Counted from the stretch's first letter, positions 10,584 to 20,255 are shown. The stretch: DNA of 64,000 bases from an uncultured Verrucomicrobiae bacterium (GCA_963765205.1 CAVXVB010000008.1:224001-288000), one strand, 5' to 3'. Notes: generated by a model not told the origin, from the letters alone. Translations and numbers: made by a program.

Positions 10584-11240
10584 ATGTCCCCCTTCGCCGA
10601 ACTGCCCCTCCCGCCCGACGCCGCCCCGCGCCTCGCCGCGCTGGCGGCGCTGCTGCGCGAGTGGAACGCCCGGCTCAACCTCGTCTCGCGCGCCGATGTC
10701 GAAAACCTCGAACGACGGCACCTCGCCGCCTGCCTCGCCCCGCTGAAATTCCTGCGCCTTGAACCCGGTGCCACAGTTTTGGATGTCGGCACGGGCGGCG
10801 GCCTGCCGGGCCTGCCGCTGGCCATTTGCTACCCGCAGGCGAAATTTCTGTTGGTGGATTCCATCGGCAAAAAAATCCGCGCAGTCGAAGACATGGCCCA
10901 TCGCCTTGGCTTGAAAAACGTCGAGGCGCGAATTGCCCGCGTTGAAAGCCTGACCGGCCAATTTGATTTTGTGCTGGGCCGCGCCGTCGCGGCACTGCCG
11001 GAGTTCGCCGGCTGGGTGCGCCCACGGCTGAAGCGCGGTGCGCGCCACTCGCTGGAAAATGGCCTGCTGATCTGGAAAGGCGGCGATTTGGCCGCCGAAA
11101 TCGCTGCCCTCGGCGTCGCGCCGCGGCAGAAGTTCTTCCTCGAAGCCTTTTTCCAGGACCTCTATTTTCAGGGAAAATACATCCTCCATTTCGCCGCCGA
11201 GGACATATTGAGCCAACCGCCCCGCCATGCGCCCGCCTGA
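10584..11240 (+). CDS. rsmG: 16S rRNA (guanine527-N7) methyltransferase
   Basis: WNARLNLVS, LDVGTGGGLPGLPLAI, LVDSIGKK, GRAVA, WKG. Confidence 0.93.
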   Translation: MSPFAELPLPPDAAPRLAALAALLREWNARLNLVSRADVENLERRHLAACLAPLKFLRLEPGATVLDVGTGGGLPGLPLAICYPQAKFLLVDSIGKKIRAVEDMAHRLGLKNVEARIARVESLTGQFDFVLGRAVAALPEFAGWVRPRLKRGARHSLENGLLIWKGGDLAAEIAALGVAPRQKFFLEAFFQDLYFQGKYILHFAAEDILSQPPRHAPA

Positions 11241-11775
11241 CCCCGCCCTCGCGCAACGCCTCGCCCAATTTCTCGGGCAGCCGCCGCGCCTCGACCCGAC
11301 CGCCTACGTCGCGCCGCAGGCCACCGTCGTCGGCGACGTGCGGCTGGGCGCGCATTGCAGCGTCTGGCCGGCGGCGGTGCTGCGTGGCGACATCAATTAC
11401 ATCGCCGTGGGCGAGGGCACGAACATCCAGGACGGCGCGGTCGTCCATCTGGCCGATGATTTCCCCGCGATCATTGGGCGCTATGTTACCATCGGACATC
11501 GGGCGGTGATTCATGCCTGCGTGATTGAGGACGAATGCCTCATTGGCATGTCCGCGACCATTCTCGATGGCGCCGTCATCGGCGCGCAATCAATTATCGG
11601 CGCGGGCGCGCTGGTGACCAAGGGCACGAAAATCCCGCCCGGCTCGCTGGTGCTGGGCGCACCCGCGCGCATCCTGCGCGCGCTCACGCCCGAGGAACGC
11701 GCCGCCTTGCGCGATTCCGCGAAAAAATATATCCAGGTCGCCGCCGCGCACCGAAGCCGGAGCAACCCGCGATGA
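11227..11775 (+). CDS. Gamma carbonic anhydrase family (hexapeptide repeat) protein
   Basis: AVLRGDIN, TNIQDGAVVH, GHRAVIHAC, LVLGAPA. Confidence 0.9.
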   Translation: MRPPDPALAQRLAQFLGQPPRLDPTAYVAPQATVVGDVRLGAHCSVWPAAVLRGDINYIAVGEGTNIQDGAVVHLADDFPAIIGRYVTIGHRAVIHACVIEDECLIGMSATILDGAVIGAQSIIGAGALVTKGTKIPPGSLVLGAPARILRALTPEERAALRDSAKKYIQVAAAHRSRSNPR

Positions 11776-12008
11776 CCACCCACATCGCATCCTGGGTTCG
11801 CGAAGTGGCCCAGTTAGGGCCGGACGCCGCCGTCCAGGTGCGCGACGAGGCCCATTGCCCCGACCCCGCCTGCCCGCTGCGCCACACGGCGATTTTGTGG
11901 GCGGACGCCGCGGGCCAAACCCACCGCATCGTGATCGTGAAACCACCCGCCTATGTGCGCCGGCCCGATGTCGAGCGCGCGCTGCGCCTTTTCGCGGCAA
12001 TGCGGTGA
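11772..12008 (+). CDS. Small hypothetical protein with a CPDPACP motif
   Basis: ATGA overlap with the upstream stop; 78 aa MTTHIASWVRE...HCPDPACPLRHT...IVKP. Confidence 0.65.
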   Translation: MTTHIASWVREVAQLGPDAAVQVRDEAHCPDPACPLRHTAILWADAAGQTHRIVIVKPPAYVRRPDVERALRLFAAMR

Positions 12009-12011
12009 CGC

Positions 12012-12611
12012 TTAATCAGCCGGTTTGCCGCTGGCTCGCGCGCCGACTTTCAACGGACTCCGCGCCTCGCGTTTTAATTTTTTCAACGCCGCGTCCAGAC
12101 CCTCGACATATTTCGGATCCATGCGGTCAATGAACAGCACGCCTTCGACGTGGTCGAATTCGTGCTGGATGACGCGCGCGAGCAGCCCGGAGGTTTCCAA
12201 AATGTGTGGCCGGCCCTGCGCGTCCTGGTAGCGCAGGCGCACCGCCCACGGGCGCGCGACCTTCCCGCGAATTTCCGGGAACGACAGGCAGCCTTCCTCG
12301 ACCGTGCGCGTTTCGCCCGACCGATATTCGACCTCCGGGTTTGCCACAATGAGCGGCATCAGCAGCGCGGGCGGCACGGATTTGCCGTCCAGGATGACCT
12401 TCTCCGCCTCGGCCGTGCGGCTTTGCAAATCCGCCACAAACAGGCGCTTGGCTTGGCCGACCTGCTGCGCCGCCAGGCCGATGCCTTCGTTGGCGCTCAT
12501 GGTTTCGAGCAGGTCGCGCGCAAAATCCGCCAGCGCCGCGTCGAACGTCGTGACGGTGGCCCCGCGCTTGCGCAGCACCGGGTCGCCATAAAAGCGGACA
12601 TCGAGAAGCAT
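12012..12611 (-). CDS. def: Peptide deformylase
   Basis: GIGLAAQQVG, EEGCLS, QHEFDH. Confidence 0.96.
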   Translation of the reverse strand: MLLDVRFYGDPVLRKRGATVTTFDAALADFARDLLETMSANEGIGLAAQQVGQAKRLFVADLQSRTAEAEKVILDGKSVPPALLMPLIVANPEVEYRSGETRTVEEGCLSFPEIRGKVARPWAVRLRYQDAQGRPHILETSGLLARVIQHEFDHVEGVLFIDRMDPKYVEGLDAALKKLKREARSPLKVGARASGKPAD

Positions 12612-12692
12612 GGGGATATCTTAAAGGTGAAAAGAGTGGTGCGAAAACAAAAAACATCAAGCGACCAAGGTTGTATTTTAACCCCAAAACAA

Positions 12693-12765
12693 TTCACCGC
12701 AAAGCCGCAAAGAAGGATTTCTGCGCGAACGCTTTTCTTTGCGTTCTTTGCGCCTTTGCGATGAA
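12693..12765. repeat. REP-like palindrome built from CGCAAAG(GC) units
   Basis: TTCACCGCAAAGCCGCAAAG...CTTTGCGCCTTTGCGATGAA; related copies at 17332-17476 and 24162-24240. Confidence 0.75.
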
Positions 12766-12804
12766 ACGAAGATTCAAAACAAGCCCTGGGTGATTCAAGA
12801 AATT

Positions 12805-13017
12805 TCATGCTCCACACAAACGGCGCTGGTTCAGAAGCGCCCTAGCCTGGGAAAAAGACCAGCGTTTGCCGTCGTCCATCTCCCGGTTAAGCCGGTCCAG
12901 CTCGGCCGCAAAAGCGGGGTCGCGGCTGAGCCGTTCGGCGTGAATCCACGCGGACACGGAAGCCTTTTGCCGTTCCGGCAGCTCGTTGTAGGCTTGCTTG
13001 ATTTGGCTAGTGGTCAT
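12805..13017 (-). CDS. Small addiction-module antitoxin-like protein (orphan)
   Basis: 70 aa MTTSQIKQAYNELPERQK...AELDRLNREMDDGKRWSFSQAR, a typical helical antitoxin-like pattern; no adjacent toxin gene. Confidence 0.45.
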   Translation of the reverse strand: MTTSQIKQAYNELPERQKASVSAWIHAERLSRDPAFAAELDRLNREMDDGKRWSFSQARALLNQRRLCGA

Positions 13018-13097
13018 GGGGAAAAAATCGTGCTGGTGGGTCACTTTGTCAATCTTCCGCTAAAGCCGAAATCGAGTGGATTAATCCGATGATGCCT

Positions 13098-14309
13098 TCA
13101 AGCGGTGAGTGAATATTCGAGCGCCTTTCCGCCAACGGCCAAAGTCACATGGTTCGCCCCGTCTTTTTTGCGCGATTTGCGCACCTCACCCACCCGTTGT
13201 GCTGCGATGCCAAAGTTCGCGGCCGTGGCAACGACCCAGGCGACATCGTCCGGCAGGCAATACACCTCCATGCGGTGGCCCATGTTGAACACCCGGTGCA
13301 TTTCGTGCGCCGTCGCGCCGCCGGCCTTTTGGATGGCGCGAAAGATGGGCGGCGGTGTAAACAAATTGTCCTTGATGAAATGCAGCCCGCGCCCGAAGCG
13401 CAGGCATTTCGTCTGCCCGCCGCCGGAACAATGCACGAGGCCGGCGAGACCCGCGCGGTTTTCCCGCAGCATCCGCGCGATGACCGGCGCATAGGTGCGC
13501 GTCGGGCTGAGCAGCGCCTGGCCGACGGTCATCTCACTGCCCGGCAACGCGTCCTCCAGCCGATAGGGGCCGCAATAGACGAAGGGTTTTTTGGTCGCGG
13601 CGTCAAAGGTTTCCGGGAATTTTTTGCGGTAATAAGAACCCAGCAAGTCGTGGCGCGCGCTGGTGAGGCCGTTGCTGCCGATGCCGCTGTTGGGCGCGTC
13701 TTCGTAACTCGCCTGCCCAAAGGAGGCTAAGCCGACAATCGCCAGTCCCGGGCGCAATTTTTCATTCGTCACCACCTCGTCGCGCCGCAGCACCGCCACG
13801 GCGCAGGAGTCCACGGTCAGCGTCGGCGTCAAGTCCGCCACGTCCGCCGTTTCGCCGCCACCGTTGACGGCTTCGATGCCCAGCGTGCGCAGACGGTTGA
13901 TGAAATCCTCGTGGCCGGCGATGAGTTCCGCCAGCGGCCCGGCGGGGAAGCGCCGCGCATTGCGGTTGATGGTGCTGGAAAAAAGAACCGGCCCCGTTGC
14001 GCCGACGCACAACAAATCGTCGAGGTTCATCACCAGGCTGTCCTGCGCGATGCCGCGGAAGACGCGCGCATCGCCCGTTTCCCGCCACTGCAGATAGGCC
14101 AGCAGCGCCTTGGTGCCCGCGCCGTCGGCGTGGATGACGTTGCACAGGGCGGGGTTGCCCGTCAGGTAATCGGGCGTGATTTTGCAAAACGCGCCGGGAA
14201 AGAGGCCGCGGTCCAGTTTATCTACGGCTGCGTGGACATCGCCTTTGGTGGCCGACGCGCCGCGCGCCGCGTAGCGGCCGGATTCAGGTGGGGAAGGGCG
14301 TATGGGCAC
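13098..14309 (-). CDS. purM: Phosphoribosylformylglycinamidine cyclo-ligase (AIR synthase)
   Basis: [55 protein letters not shown] start assumed. Confidence 0.9.
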   Translation of the reverse strand: MPIRPSPPESGRYAARGASATKGDVHAAVDKLDRGLFPGAFCKITPDYLTGNPALCNVIHADGAGTKALLAYLQWRETGDARVFRGIAQDSLVMNLDDLLCVGATGPVLFSSTINRNARRFPAGPLAELIAGHEDFINRLRTLGIEAVNGGGETADVADLTPTLTVDSCAVAVLRRDEVVTNEKLRPGLAIVGLASFGQASYEDAPNSGIGSNGLTSARHDLLGSYYRKKFPETFDAATKKPFVYCGPYRLEDALPGSEMTVGQALLSPTRTYAPVIARMLRENRAGLAGLVHCSGGGQTKCLRFGRGLHFIKDNLFTPPPIFRAIQKAGGATAHEMHRVFNMGHRMEVYCLPDDVAWVVATAANFGIAAQRVGEVRKSRKKDGANHVTLAVGGKALEYSLTA

Positions 14310-14348
14310 AGTTAAGCAAAAGGTGCGAGAAAGCCATCGGGACGTCAC

Positions 14349-14741
14349 TCAAAAAAACGTTTCGAAACCGGCTTGGCGAAAATGATGGTCGTTGGTCAAG
14401 ACGGCGCGCAGGCCTTTTTCGCGCATAATGACGAACGAAAAGCAATCGGTCAGCGACCAGGCTTTGTCGTCGTGCTGATGGTAGAGCAGCCACGCTGCGG
14501 CCAAATATTGGGAATTCACCGGTTCGACCAAGGCGGCCCGGCGCAACAACTCATAATAGTCGCGCACCAGCGTGCGATAGCGCGACCGGGCCACGCTGTT
14601 GGCCAGTTCAATCAACACCAATTCCGTGGTGACAATCGGTTCAGCGTGCGCACGCGACCAAGCCAGCACCGGTTCGTGATACTCGTCCCGTGGGTTGACG
14701 CGGGCCTGAAAATAAAAGGTGTCGGCGAAACAGGGTTTCAT
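14349..14741 (-). CDS. PIN-domain toxin (VapC family)
   Basis: FADTFYF, VTTELVLIE, SLTDCFSF, LTNDHHF.QAGF. Confidence 0.9.
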   Translation of the reverse strand: MKPCFADTFYFQARVNPRDEYHEPVLAWSRAHAEPIVTTELVLIELANSVARSRYRTLVRDYYELLRRAALVEPVNSQYLAAAWLLYHQHDDKAWSLTDCFSFVIMREKGLRAVLTNDHHFRQAGFETFF

Positions 14742-14929
14742 CGTTTCGCCGTTTTGGGCGAACCGTAAAGATAATGATCGTGTTGGGCGGCAAAGTCCGC
14801 GGGCAAATCGGCGACCAAGCCGTCAAAGTCTTTGAGCAACTCGTAAAGCGTGCGCCGGCGCGCAGGGCGGACGAATTTCCGCCGCGCGGCCCCGCCGACC
14901 CGGCGTCCGGGGATGGTGGTTGCTTTCAT
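14738..14929 (-). CDS. Cognate antitoxin
   Basis: 63 aa ending D.AAQHDHYLYG; 4-nt overlap with the PIN toxin start. Confidence 0.8.
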   Translation of the reverse strand: MKATTIPGRRVGGAARRKFVRPARRRTLYELLKDFDGLVADLPADFAAQHDHYLYGSPKTAKR

Positions 14930-14992
14930 GGCGGCAAATCTGCGTCAAATCCGGTGGGTGGGCAACCCTGAATTTGTCCGTCGCAAGCAAAG

Positions 14993-15595
14993 TCAAACCA
15001 GCAATTTTTCAATTTCCGTCCGCAGCGCGCGATGGTCGTGCGTCACGGGAAACTGCGGGTTGGCCGCCGCGAAGGCGTCGGTCGGACAGAACAAAATGCC
15101 GTGGTTGGCGGCCTGGAGCATGGCGAGGTCGTTGTGCGAATCGCCCGCCGCGATGGTGTCGTAATTCAGGGCGCGCAGGGCCTCAACCGCGCGGCGCTTT
15201 TGGTCGGGCAGGCGCAGGCGGTAGCCGCTGATGCGCCCGCCGGGCGCGACCTCGAGTTCGTGGCACAGCAGCGTCGGCCAGCCGAGCTGGCGCAGGAGCG
15301 GCGCGGCAAACTGCTCGAACGTGTCCGACAAAATGATCACTTGGGTGCGCGCGCGCAGCCAGTCGAGAAATTCGCGGGCTCCATCCAGTGGCCGCAGGGT
15401 GCCGATGACTTCCTGAATGTGCGACAGGGTGATGCCGTGGCGGTCGAGCAGATCCAGGCGGTAGCGCATGAGTTTGTCGTAGTCCGGCTCGTCGCGCGTG
15501 GTGCGGCGCAATTCGGGCCGCCCGGTTTTTTCGGCGACGGCGATCCAGATTTCGGGCACGAGCACGCCTTCGAGGTCGAGACAAACAAGGTGCAT
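14993..15595 (-). CDS. thrH: Phosphoserine phosphatase / homoserine phosphotransferase (HAD)
   Basis: CLDLEGVLVPEIW, TTRDEPDYD.LM, ILSDTF, AAGDSHND..ML. Confidence 0.93.
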   Translation of the reverse strand: MHLVCLDLEGVLVPEIWIAVAEKTGRPELRRTTRDEPDYDKLMRYRLDLLDRHGITLSHIQEVIGTLRPLDGAREFLDWLRARTQVIILSDTFEQFAAPLLRQLGWPTLLCHELEVAPGGRISGYRLRLPDQKRRAVEALRALNYDTIAAGDSHNDLAMLQAANHGILFCPTDAFAAANPQFPVTHDHRALRTEIEKLLV

Positions 15596-15631
15596 GGCAG
15601 GCGGGTAGCGTCGGAATTTCCGGCGTCGGCG

Positions 15632-17311
15632 TCAATCCTTCGTCGCGGTTGTTGCGGGTTGGGCGGGTGGTGGGGCGGCTGGCTGGATTTGCACGCGGTG
15701 GTCAATGGCGCCGTTGGCCTTCACATAGACGAGCCATTCGTCGTAGCCGGGAAACCAGCGCGCCAATTCCGCGACGCGGTCCGGCCCGAGGGCGCGCAGC
15801 CACAAAACGTCCTGGGTGGCCGGGTCGGGCGAATTATACACCCATTCGGCGTTGGGGTCGTGATCGGGCGCGTAGATGACGAGGGCGAGTTGCTTGCGCC
15901 CGGTGGCTTGGGCGTGGTCGGCCAGTTCCTGGCGCGTCTGTTCGCGGTCGTAAACCCAGGGGAAGGTCAGCCATTGGGGAAAGCCGCGCGTCAAATCCCG
16001 GGTCGTGGCCGCGACCGGCCAGATCGCCAGTAACGCGCACGCGGCGCAGCCGAGCCACGGCCAGGTGCGCCGCGCCGCGCCCAACTGCCGCGCGCCCTGC
16101 ACCACCAGCAGCAAGGCCGGCGCGGTCCACGCCGCCACATAATGCGAGAAGCCATAGAAACGCAGCGTCAGCAACGGCACGGCGATAAAGAGCAGGCTCA
16201 ACAACGCCAGCCGCGCCATGCGGTCGCGCGCCCAAAAAACGGCGGCTAGCCCCATGGCCGCGAGTGGCCAAAGCCAAGGCGGAAAGAGAAACCCGAATTG
16301 CGCGGCGGCGAATTTTTTCAGGTTTGCCCCGTATTGCGCCATCGTCAGCGGATTGGCGCTCATGTTCGTGGCATACTCCTTTTCATAGTTGGCCAGAAAC
16401 GACGGCAAACCCGGCGGGTCGGGCGCGGGTTTTTCCCAGATGAAAAGCACGACGCCGGGGACATGCGTCTGGTCATAGAGGCGGTGCGCGAAGACCGAGG
16501 GGCTGCCGGTGGTCGCCGCATTGTAGCCGAGCATCAGCGCCACGCCCACCGCCGCCGGCAGGATGAAAGCCAGCAAACTGGCCCATGCGTCTTTTCCATT
16601 GCCTGCGCGAATATCGCGCGCGGTCGCGCCGAGCAGCAAGGCCGCCGGCCCGAGCGCAAAAATAAAACCGTCCAGTGGCCGCGTGAGCGCCATGAGGCCG
16701 CAGCCCACGCCCGCCCAGGCCGCTGCGGTCCACGGATTGCCCCGCCGCCGCCAGCACCGCAGTGCGCCGCCGAAGGCCAGCGTGCCGCCCAGCGCGAGCA
16801 CGCTACCGCCCCAGTAGGAATAGCCCCAATCGGTCATGGCCCCGTAGCCGATCATCGCCGCCAGCGCCCCGCCCAGCGCCCACGCCGGCGGCGCGGCGGC
16901 GCGCAGCATCCAATACAGCGCCACGGCCCACAGCCCGTTCACGATCCACACGCCGATGATCGCATTCCCGAGCCAGATCCCCAGCGCCAGCGCCGCGCCC
17001 GCGCCGGGCGGAAACTTCGCCACGTAGCGCGGCGTGATGAACTCATGAAACGTCTCGTAAAATTCCGGCGGCCCCGGCGGCGGGTCGTTAGTCAGCCGCC
17101 CATGAGCGAGGGTCTCGCCGATGAAGAGGTTGGCCTGCTCGTCATGCAGCGCGGGCAGCGGCGCACCATAGCGCAGCACGGGCAGGGCGGTGAAGGCCAC
17201 ACCCGCCGCGAAGAGCAACCCCGCCGCCAGCGCGGGCCGCCCGGCCAGACGCGAAATCGCCGCGCGAAACATCTGTGGATTTTTCCGTGCGCGGGTGGAT
17301 TTGGCAACCAC
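15632..17311 (-). CDS. Multi-pass membrane protein, probable GT-C-fold glycosyltransferase
   Basis: HDE motif after TM1, GETLAHGRL, KFPPG, SYWGG, LTRP.DG, many TM segments; alternative start 17272. Confidence 0.65.
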   Translation of the reverse strand: MVAKSTRARKNPQMFRAAISRLAGRPALAAGLLFAAGVAFTALPVLRYGAPLPALHDEQANLFIGETLAHGRLTNDPPPGPPEFYETFHEFITPRYVAKFPPGAGAALALGIWLGNAIIGVWIVNGLWAVALYWMLRAAAPPAWALGGALAAMIGYGAMTDWGYSYWGGSVLALGGTLAFGGALRCWRRRGNPWTAAAWAGVGCGLMALTRPLDGFIFALGPAALLLGATARDIRAGNGKDAWASLLAFILPAAVGVALMLGYNAATTGSPSVFAHRLYDQTHVPGVVLFIWEKPAPDPPGLPSFLANYEKEYATNMSANPLTMAQYGANLKKFAAAQFGFLFPPWLWPLAAMGLAAVFWARDRMARLALLSLLFIAVPLLTLRFYGFSHYVAAWTAPALLLVVQGARQLGAARRTWPWLGCAACALLAIWPVAATTRDLTRGFPQWLTFPWVYDREQTRQELADHAQATGRKQLALVIYAPDHDPNAEWVYNSPDPATQDVLWLRALGPDRVAELARWFPGYDEWLVYVKANGAIDHRVQIQPAAPPPAQPATTATKD

Positions 17312-17331
17312 GGAGTGGGGGCGGTTTAATT

Positions 17332-17476
17332 TTCACCGCAAAGGCGCAGAGAAGGAGAATTAAACCACGGAGAACACGGAGGGCACGGAGGGGCTGGTTT
17401 TGAATGGAATTATCTCTGTGCTCTCCGTGTTCTCCGTGGTTAAACCCCCTGGCGCCCTTCGCGCCTTTGCGGTGAA
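17332..17476. repeat. Nested palindromic repeats (CACGGAG 9-mer element inside a CGCAAAGGC element)
   Basis: Outer perfect 16-bp IR TTCACCGCAAAGGCGC (17332-17347 / 17461-17476); inner IR AACCACGGAGAACACGGAG (17363-17381 / 17423-17441). Confidence 0.85.
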
Positions 17477-17486
17477 CCATTCCCGC

Positions 17487-19460
17487 CTAAACCTTCCCCG
17501 GTAGCGCCCTCGTCGAGATTTCGGTCTTCAGCAGCTCGCGCCAGTGGGCGAAGGGGAAGGTGCCCTCCATCGCTTTGTTGACGCGCGAGCGGGCGGAGAC
17601 CGCGCCGCTTTCCTTTTCCTTCGCGCCGAGCACGAGCATGTGCGGCACTTTCTCGACCTCGGCGCGGCGGATTTTCGCGCCGAGCTTGTCGGGATGCGCG
17701 TCCACCGTCGCGCGCACGCCGTCGGCCATGAGTTGCGCGGCGAGTTCGCGGGCGAAGGGCACGAGGTCGTCGTTGAGCGGCAGCAGGCGGGCCTGCTCGG
17801 GCGCGAGCCAGGTCGGAAAATTCCCCGCGAAGTGCTCGATGAGGAAGCCGATGAAGCGCTCGTGCGTGCCGAGCGGGGCGCGGTGGATGCACAGGGGCGT
17901 CTTCGCGCCGTTGTCGCGGTCGGTGTAAACCAGGCCGAAGCGCTTGGGCACGGCGAAGTCCACCTGGTTGGTGGCGAGGGTGAATTCCTTGCCGATGACG
18001 CTCCAGACCTGCACGTCAATTTTCGGCCCGTAGAACGCGGCCTCGTTGGGCACCTCGACGTAGTTGATGCCGCTGTTTTTGAGCACGTCGCGCACCATGT
18101 CCTCGGTCTGCTTCCACAATGCCGGCTCGTCCACGAATTTCTGGCCCAATTTCGCGGGGTCGTGCGTGGAGAAGCGCATGACATATTTCTCGATCCCGAA
18201 AATCTTGAAGTATTTCAGATACATTTCGTTGACCGCGTTGAACTCGGCGGCGAACTGCTCCGGCGTGCAATAGATATGCGCGTCGTTCATGTTCAGCGAG
18301 CGCACGCGCATCAGGCCGATCAACTCGCCCGACTGCTCGTAGCGGTAGCAGCAGCCGTATTCCGCGAGGCGCAGGGGCAGGTCGCGATAACTTTTGGGCG
18401 CCGCCGCATAGATGCGATGGTGATGCGGGCAGTTCATCGCTTTGAGGTAGTAGCTATGCGGCCCAAGAATTTGATTTATACTCTCATCAATCTTTTCGCA
18501 TTGTGACGTAGCAGCTTCGATTCTTTTGTCTAATTCGACATCAGAACTCTTCATAAGTTGAAGCTCGTAGCTTTGATTCATCAAGGCCTCCAGCTCCTGG
18601 CGCGACCGATATTCTTGAGCCTGTAATTTTGAATGCTGGCGACCATCATCGCTCGACAAATCTTTTTTGAGTACCATCGGCGGAAACATGCTTTCCGCGT
18701 AATACGGCAGGTGCCCGCTGGTTTTATACATGATCTCCTTGGCGATGTGCGGGGTGCGCACGCGGACGTAGCCGGCCTGGAATTCCGTTTCCTTGGCCAG
18801 TTCTTCGAGCGCCTCGATGATGGCGGTGCCTTTGGGCAGCCAGAGCGGGAGGCCGGGGCCGACGTATTCGGCGTCCATCGCGAAGAGGCCCATCTCGTGG
18901 CCGATTTTGCGGTGGTCGCGCTTTTTCGCCTCCTCCTGCATTTTGAGCCAGGCCTCGAGTTCCTCGCGGTTCGGGAAGGCGGTGCCGTAGATGCGCTGGA
19001 GCTGCGCGTTCTTCTCGTCGCCGCGGTGATACGCGCCGGCGATGGAGAGCAGCTTGAAGGCCTGAATTTTCGCCGTGCTGGCGACGTGGGTGCCCGCGCA
19101 CAGGTCCAGGAACTCGCCGTTTTTGTAAAAGGAAATCGCCTCGCCGACGGGGATGTCGGCCAGGCGGCCTGGCTTGTATTTGGTCTGGCCGGTGCTTTCG
19201 ATGAGTTTCAGGGCCTCCTCGCGCGAGACCTCGAGGCGCTCGAATTTTTGGTTTTCGCCGGCGATGCGGCGCATCTCCTTCTCGATTTTCTCCAAATCCT
19301 CGGGCGTGAACTTGTGGTCGAGGTCGAAGTCGTAGTAAAACCCGGTATCGGTCGGCGGCCCGATGTCGAGCTGCGCCTGCGGGAAGAGTCGCCGCACGGC
19401 TGCGCCCAGCACGTGCGCGGACGAATGCCGCAGTTCCTCAAGGGGAGTCATCTTCTTCAT
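17487..19460 (-). CDS. thrS: Threonine--tRNA ligase (no N-terminal TGS domain; carries an internal insertion)
   Basis: LRHSSAH, DLCAGTH, RDHRKIG, KAMNCPHH, YRYEQSG, AFYGPKID, IHRAPLGTHERF. Confidence 0.97.
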   Translation of the reverse strand: MKKMTPLEELRHSSAHVLGAAVRRLFPQAQLDIGPPTDTGFYYDFDLDHKFTPEDLEKIEKEMRRIAGENQKFERLEVSREEALKLIESTGQTKYKPGRLADIPVGEAISFYKNGEFLDLCAGTHVASTAKIQAFKLLSIAGAYHRGDEKNAQLQRIYGTAFPNREELEAWLKMQEEAKKRDHRKIGHEMGLFAMDAEYVGPGLPLWLPKGTAIIEALEELAKETEFQAGYVRVRTPHIAKEIMYKTSGHLPYYAESMFPPMVLKKDLSSDDGRQHSKLQAQEYRSRQELEALMNQSYELQLMKSSDVELDKRIEAATSQCEKIDESINQILGPHSYYLKAMNCPHHHRIYAAAPKSYRDLPLRLAEYGCCYRYEQSGELIGLMRVRSLNMNDAHIYCTPEQFAAEFNAVNEMYLKYFKIFGIEKYVMRFSTHDPAKLGQKFVDEPALWKQTEDMVRDVLKNSGINYVEVPNEAAFYGPKIDVQVWSVIGKEFTLATNQVDFAVPKRFGLVYTDRDNGAKTPLCIHRAPLGTHERFIGFLIEHFAGNFPTWLAPEQARLLPLNDDLVPFARELAAQLMADGVRATVDAHPDKLGAKIRRAEVEKVPHMLVLGAKEKESGAVSARSRVNKAMEGTFPFAHWRELLKTEISTRALPGKV

Positions 19461-19536
19461 GGGAAACGGAAAAGATACCGCTTGCACGCGCCGGGGGGAA
19501 GGATTTTTTAAGTTGGCCCAAACACCGCCAGCCGGG

Positions 19537-19998
19537 TTATGGCAGCTTGGCCGGCAACACGGGCAGATGGGCGGCGGTGGCGAGCTGGCGCTGGTTCACA
19601 TCGAACGAGAGCAATGCGCTGGCCCGCAAATGCAGCGCGGCGGCGACGTGGAGCAGGTCGAACGAACGGCAGCCCGCGCTTTCCGTATGGCGCGCGGAAA
19701 GGCGTTCGGCTTCCGCCAGCACGGCTTCATGATCCAGGCTTTGGAATTGGAAAGCCCCCGTAGCGAGATTGTCGTCAAACGCGCACAAGACGGCTTCGGC
19801 TTGTTTGCGCGGAAAGCCCTGCTGGCGGTGGTGGGCGTGCCGGAAGACTTGCAGCCGGATGGCCTGGCGGAACTCAAACAGGTTCAGCCGCGAGAGCGCG
19901 CAAGGTTGCGCGGCGCCCGCGAGCACGGCCCGCGCCGGCGCCGAAAAACTTTGCGGGACATACAGCGGAATCAGGAACGACGTGTCCGGGTAAAGCAT
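19537..19998 (-). CDS. PIN-domain toxin (VapC family)
   Basis: MLYPDTSFLIPLY, RSFDLLHVAAA, LSFDVNQ. Confidence 0.88.
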   Translation of the reverse strand: MLYPDTSFLIPLYVPQSFSAPARAVLAGAAQPCALSRLNLFEFRQAIRLQVFRHAHHRQQGFPRKQAEAVLCAFDDNLATGAFQFQSLDHEAVLAEAERLSARHTESAGCRSFDLLHVAAALHLRASALLSFDVNQRQLATAAHLPVLPAKLP

Positions 19999-20000
19999 GG

Positions 20001-20255
20001 TCAGCCTTCGTCTTCGTCGCGGGCGGCGCGGAGCATGGCCCGGGCCTCCGCGTCGTTGAACTGCCGGTCGCCCCAGAGGCGTTTCAGTTGGGCGGCAAAG
20101 TCCACGGCGCCCCCGCGTTTTCCTTGCGCGGGCGCGGGCACCAGCGACGCCACATGCACGCCGTGCTTGGTGATGGCGACCGGCTCGCCCTGGCGGAGCC
20201 AGGCTTCGAGTTTGGGAAAGCGGGTGCGCAAGTCCCGGATGGCGGCGGTTCTCAT
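20001..20255 (-). CDS. Phd/YefM-family antitoxin
   Basis: MRTAAIRDLRTRFPKL...GEPVAITKHG..VASLVP; lies directly upstream of the PIN gene. Confidence 0.85.
   Translation of the reverse strand: MRTAAIRDLRTRFPKLEAWLRQGEPVAITKHGVHVASLVPAPAQGKRGGAVDFAAQLKRLWGDRQFNDAEARAMLRAARDEDEG

Noticed and set aside
17363..17441. Possible CRISPR array
   Set aside because: Units are 7-9 bp tandem or inverted repeats without unique spacers; no cas genes in the window.
18453..18674. Intein or intron in thrS
   Set aside because: No Cys/Ser...His-Asn splice junctions, too short, frame stays open and no intron-like structure is evident.
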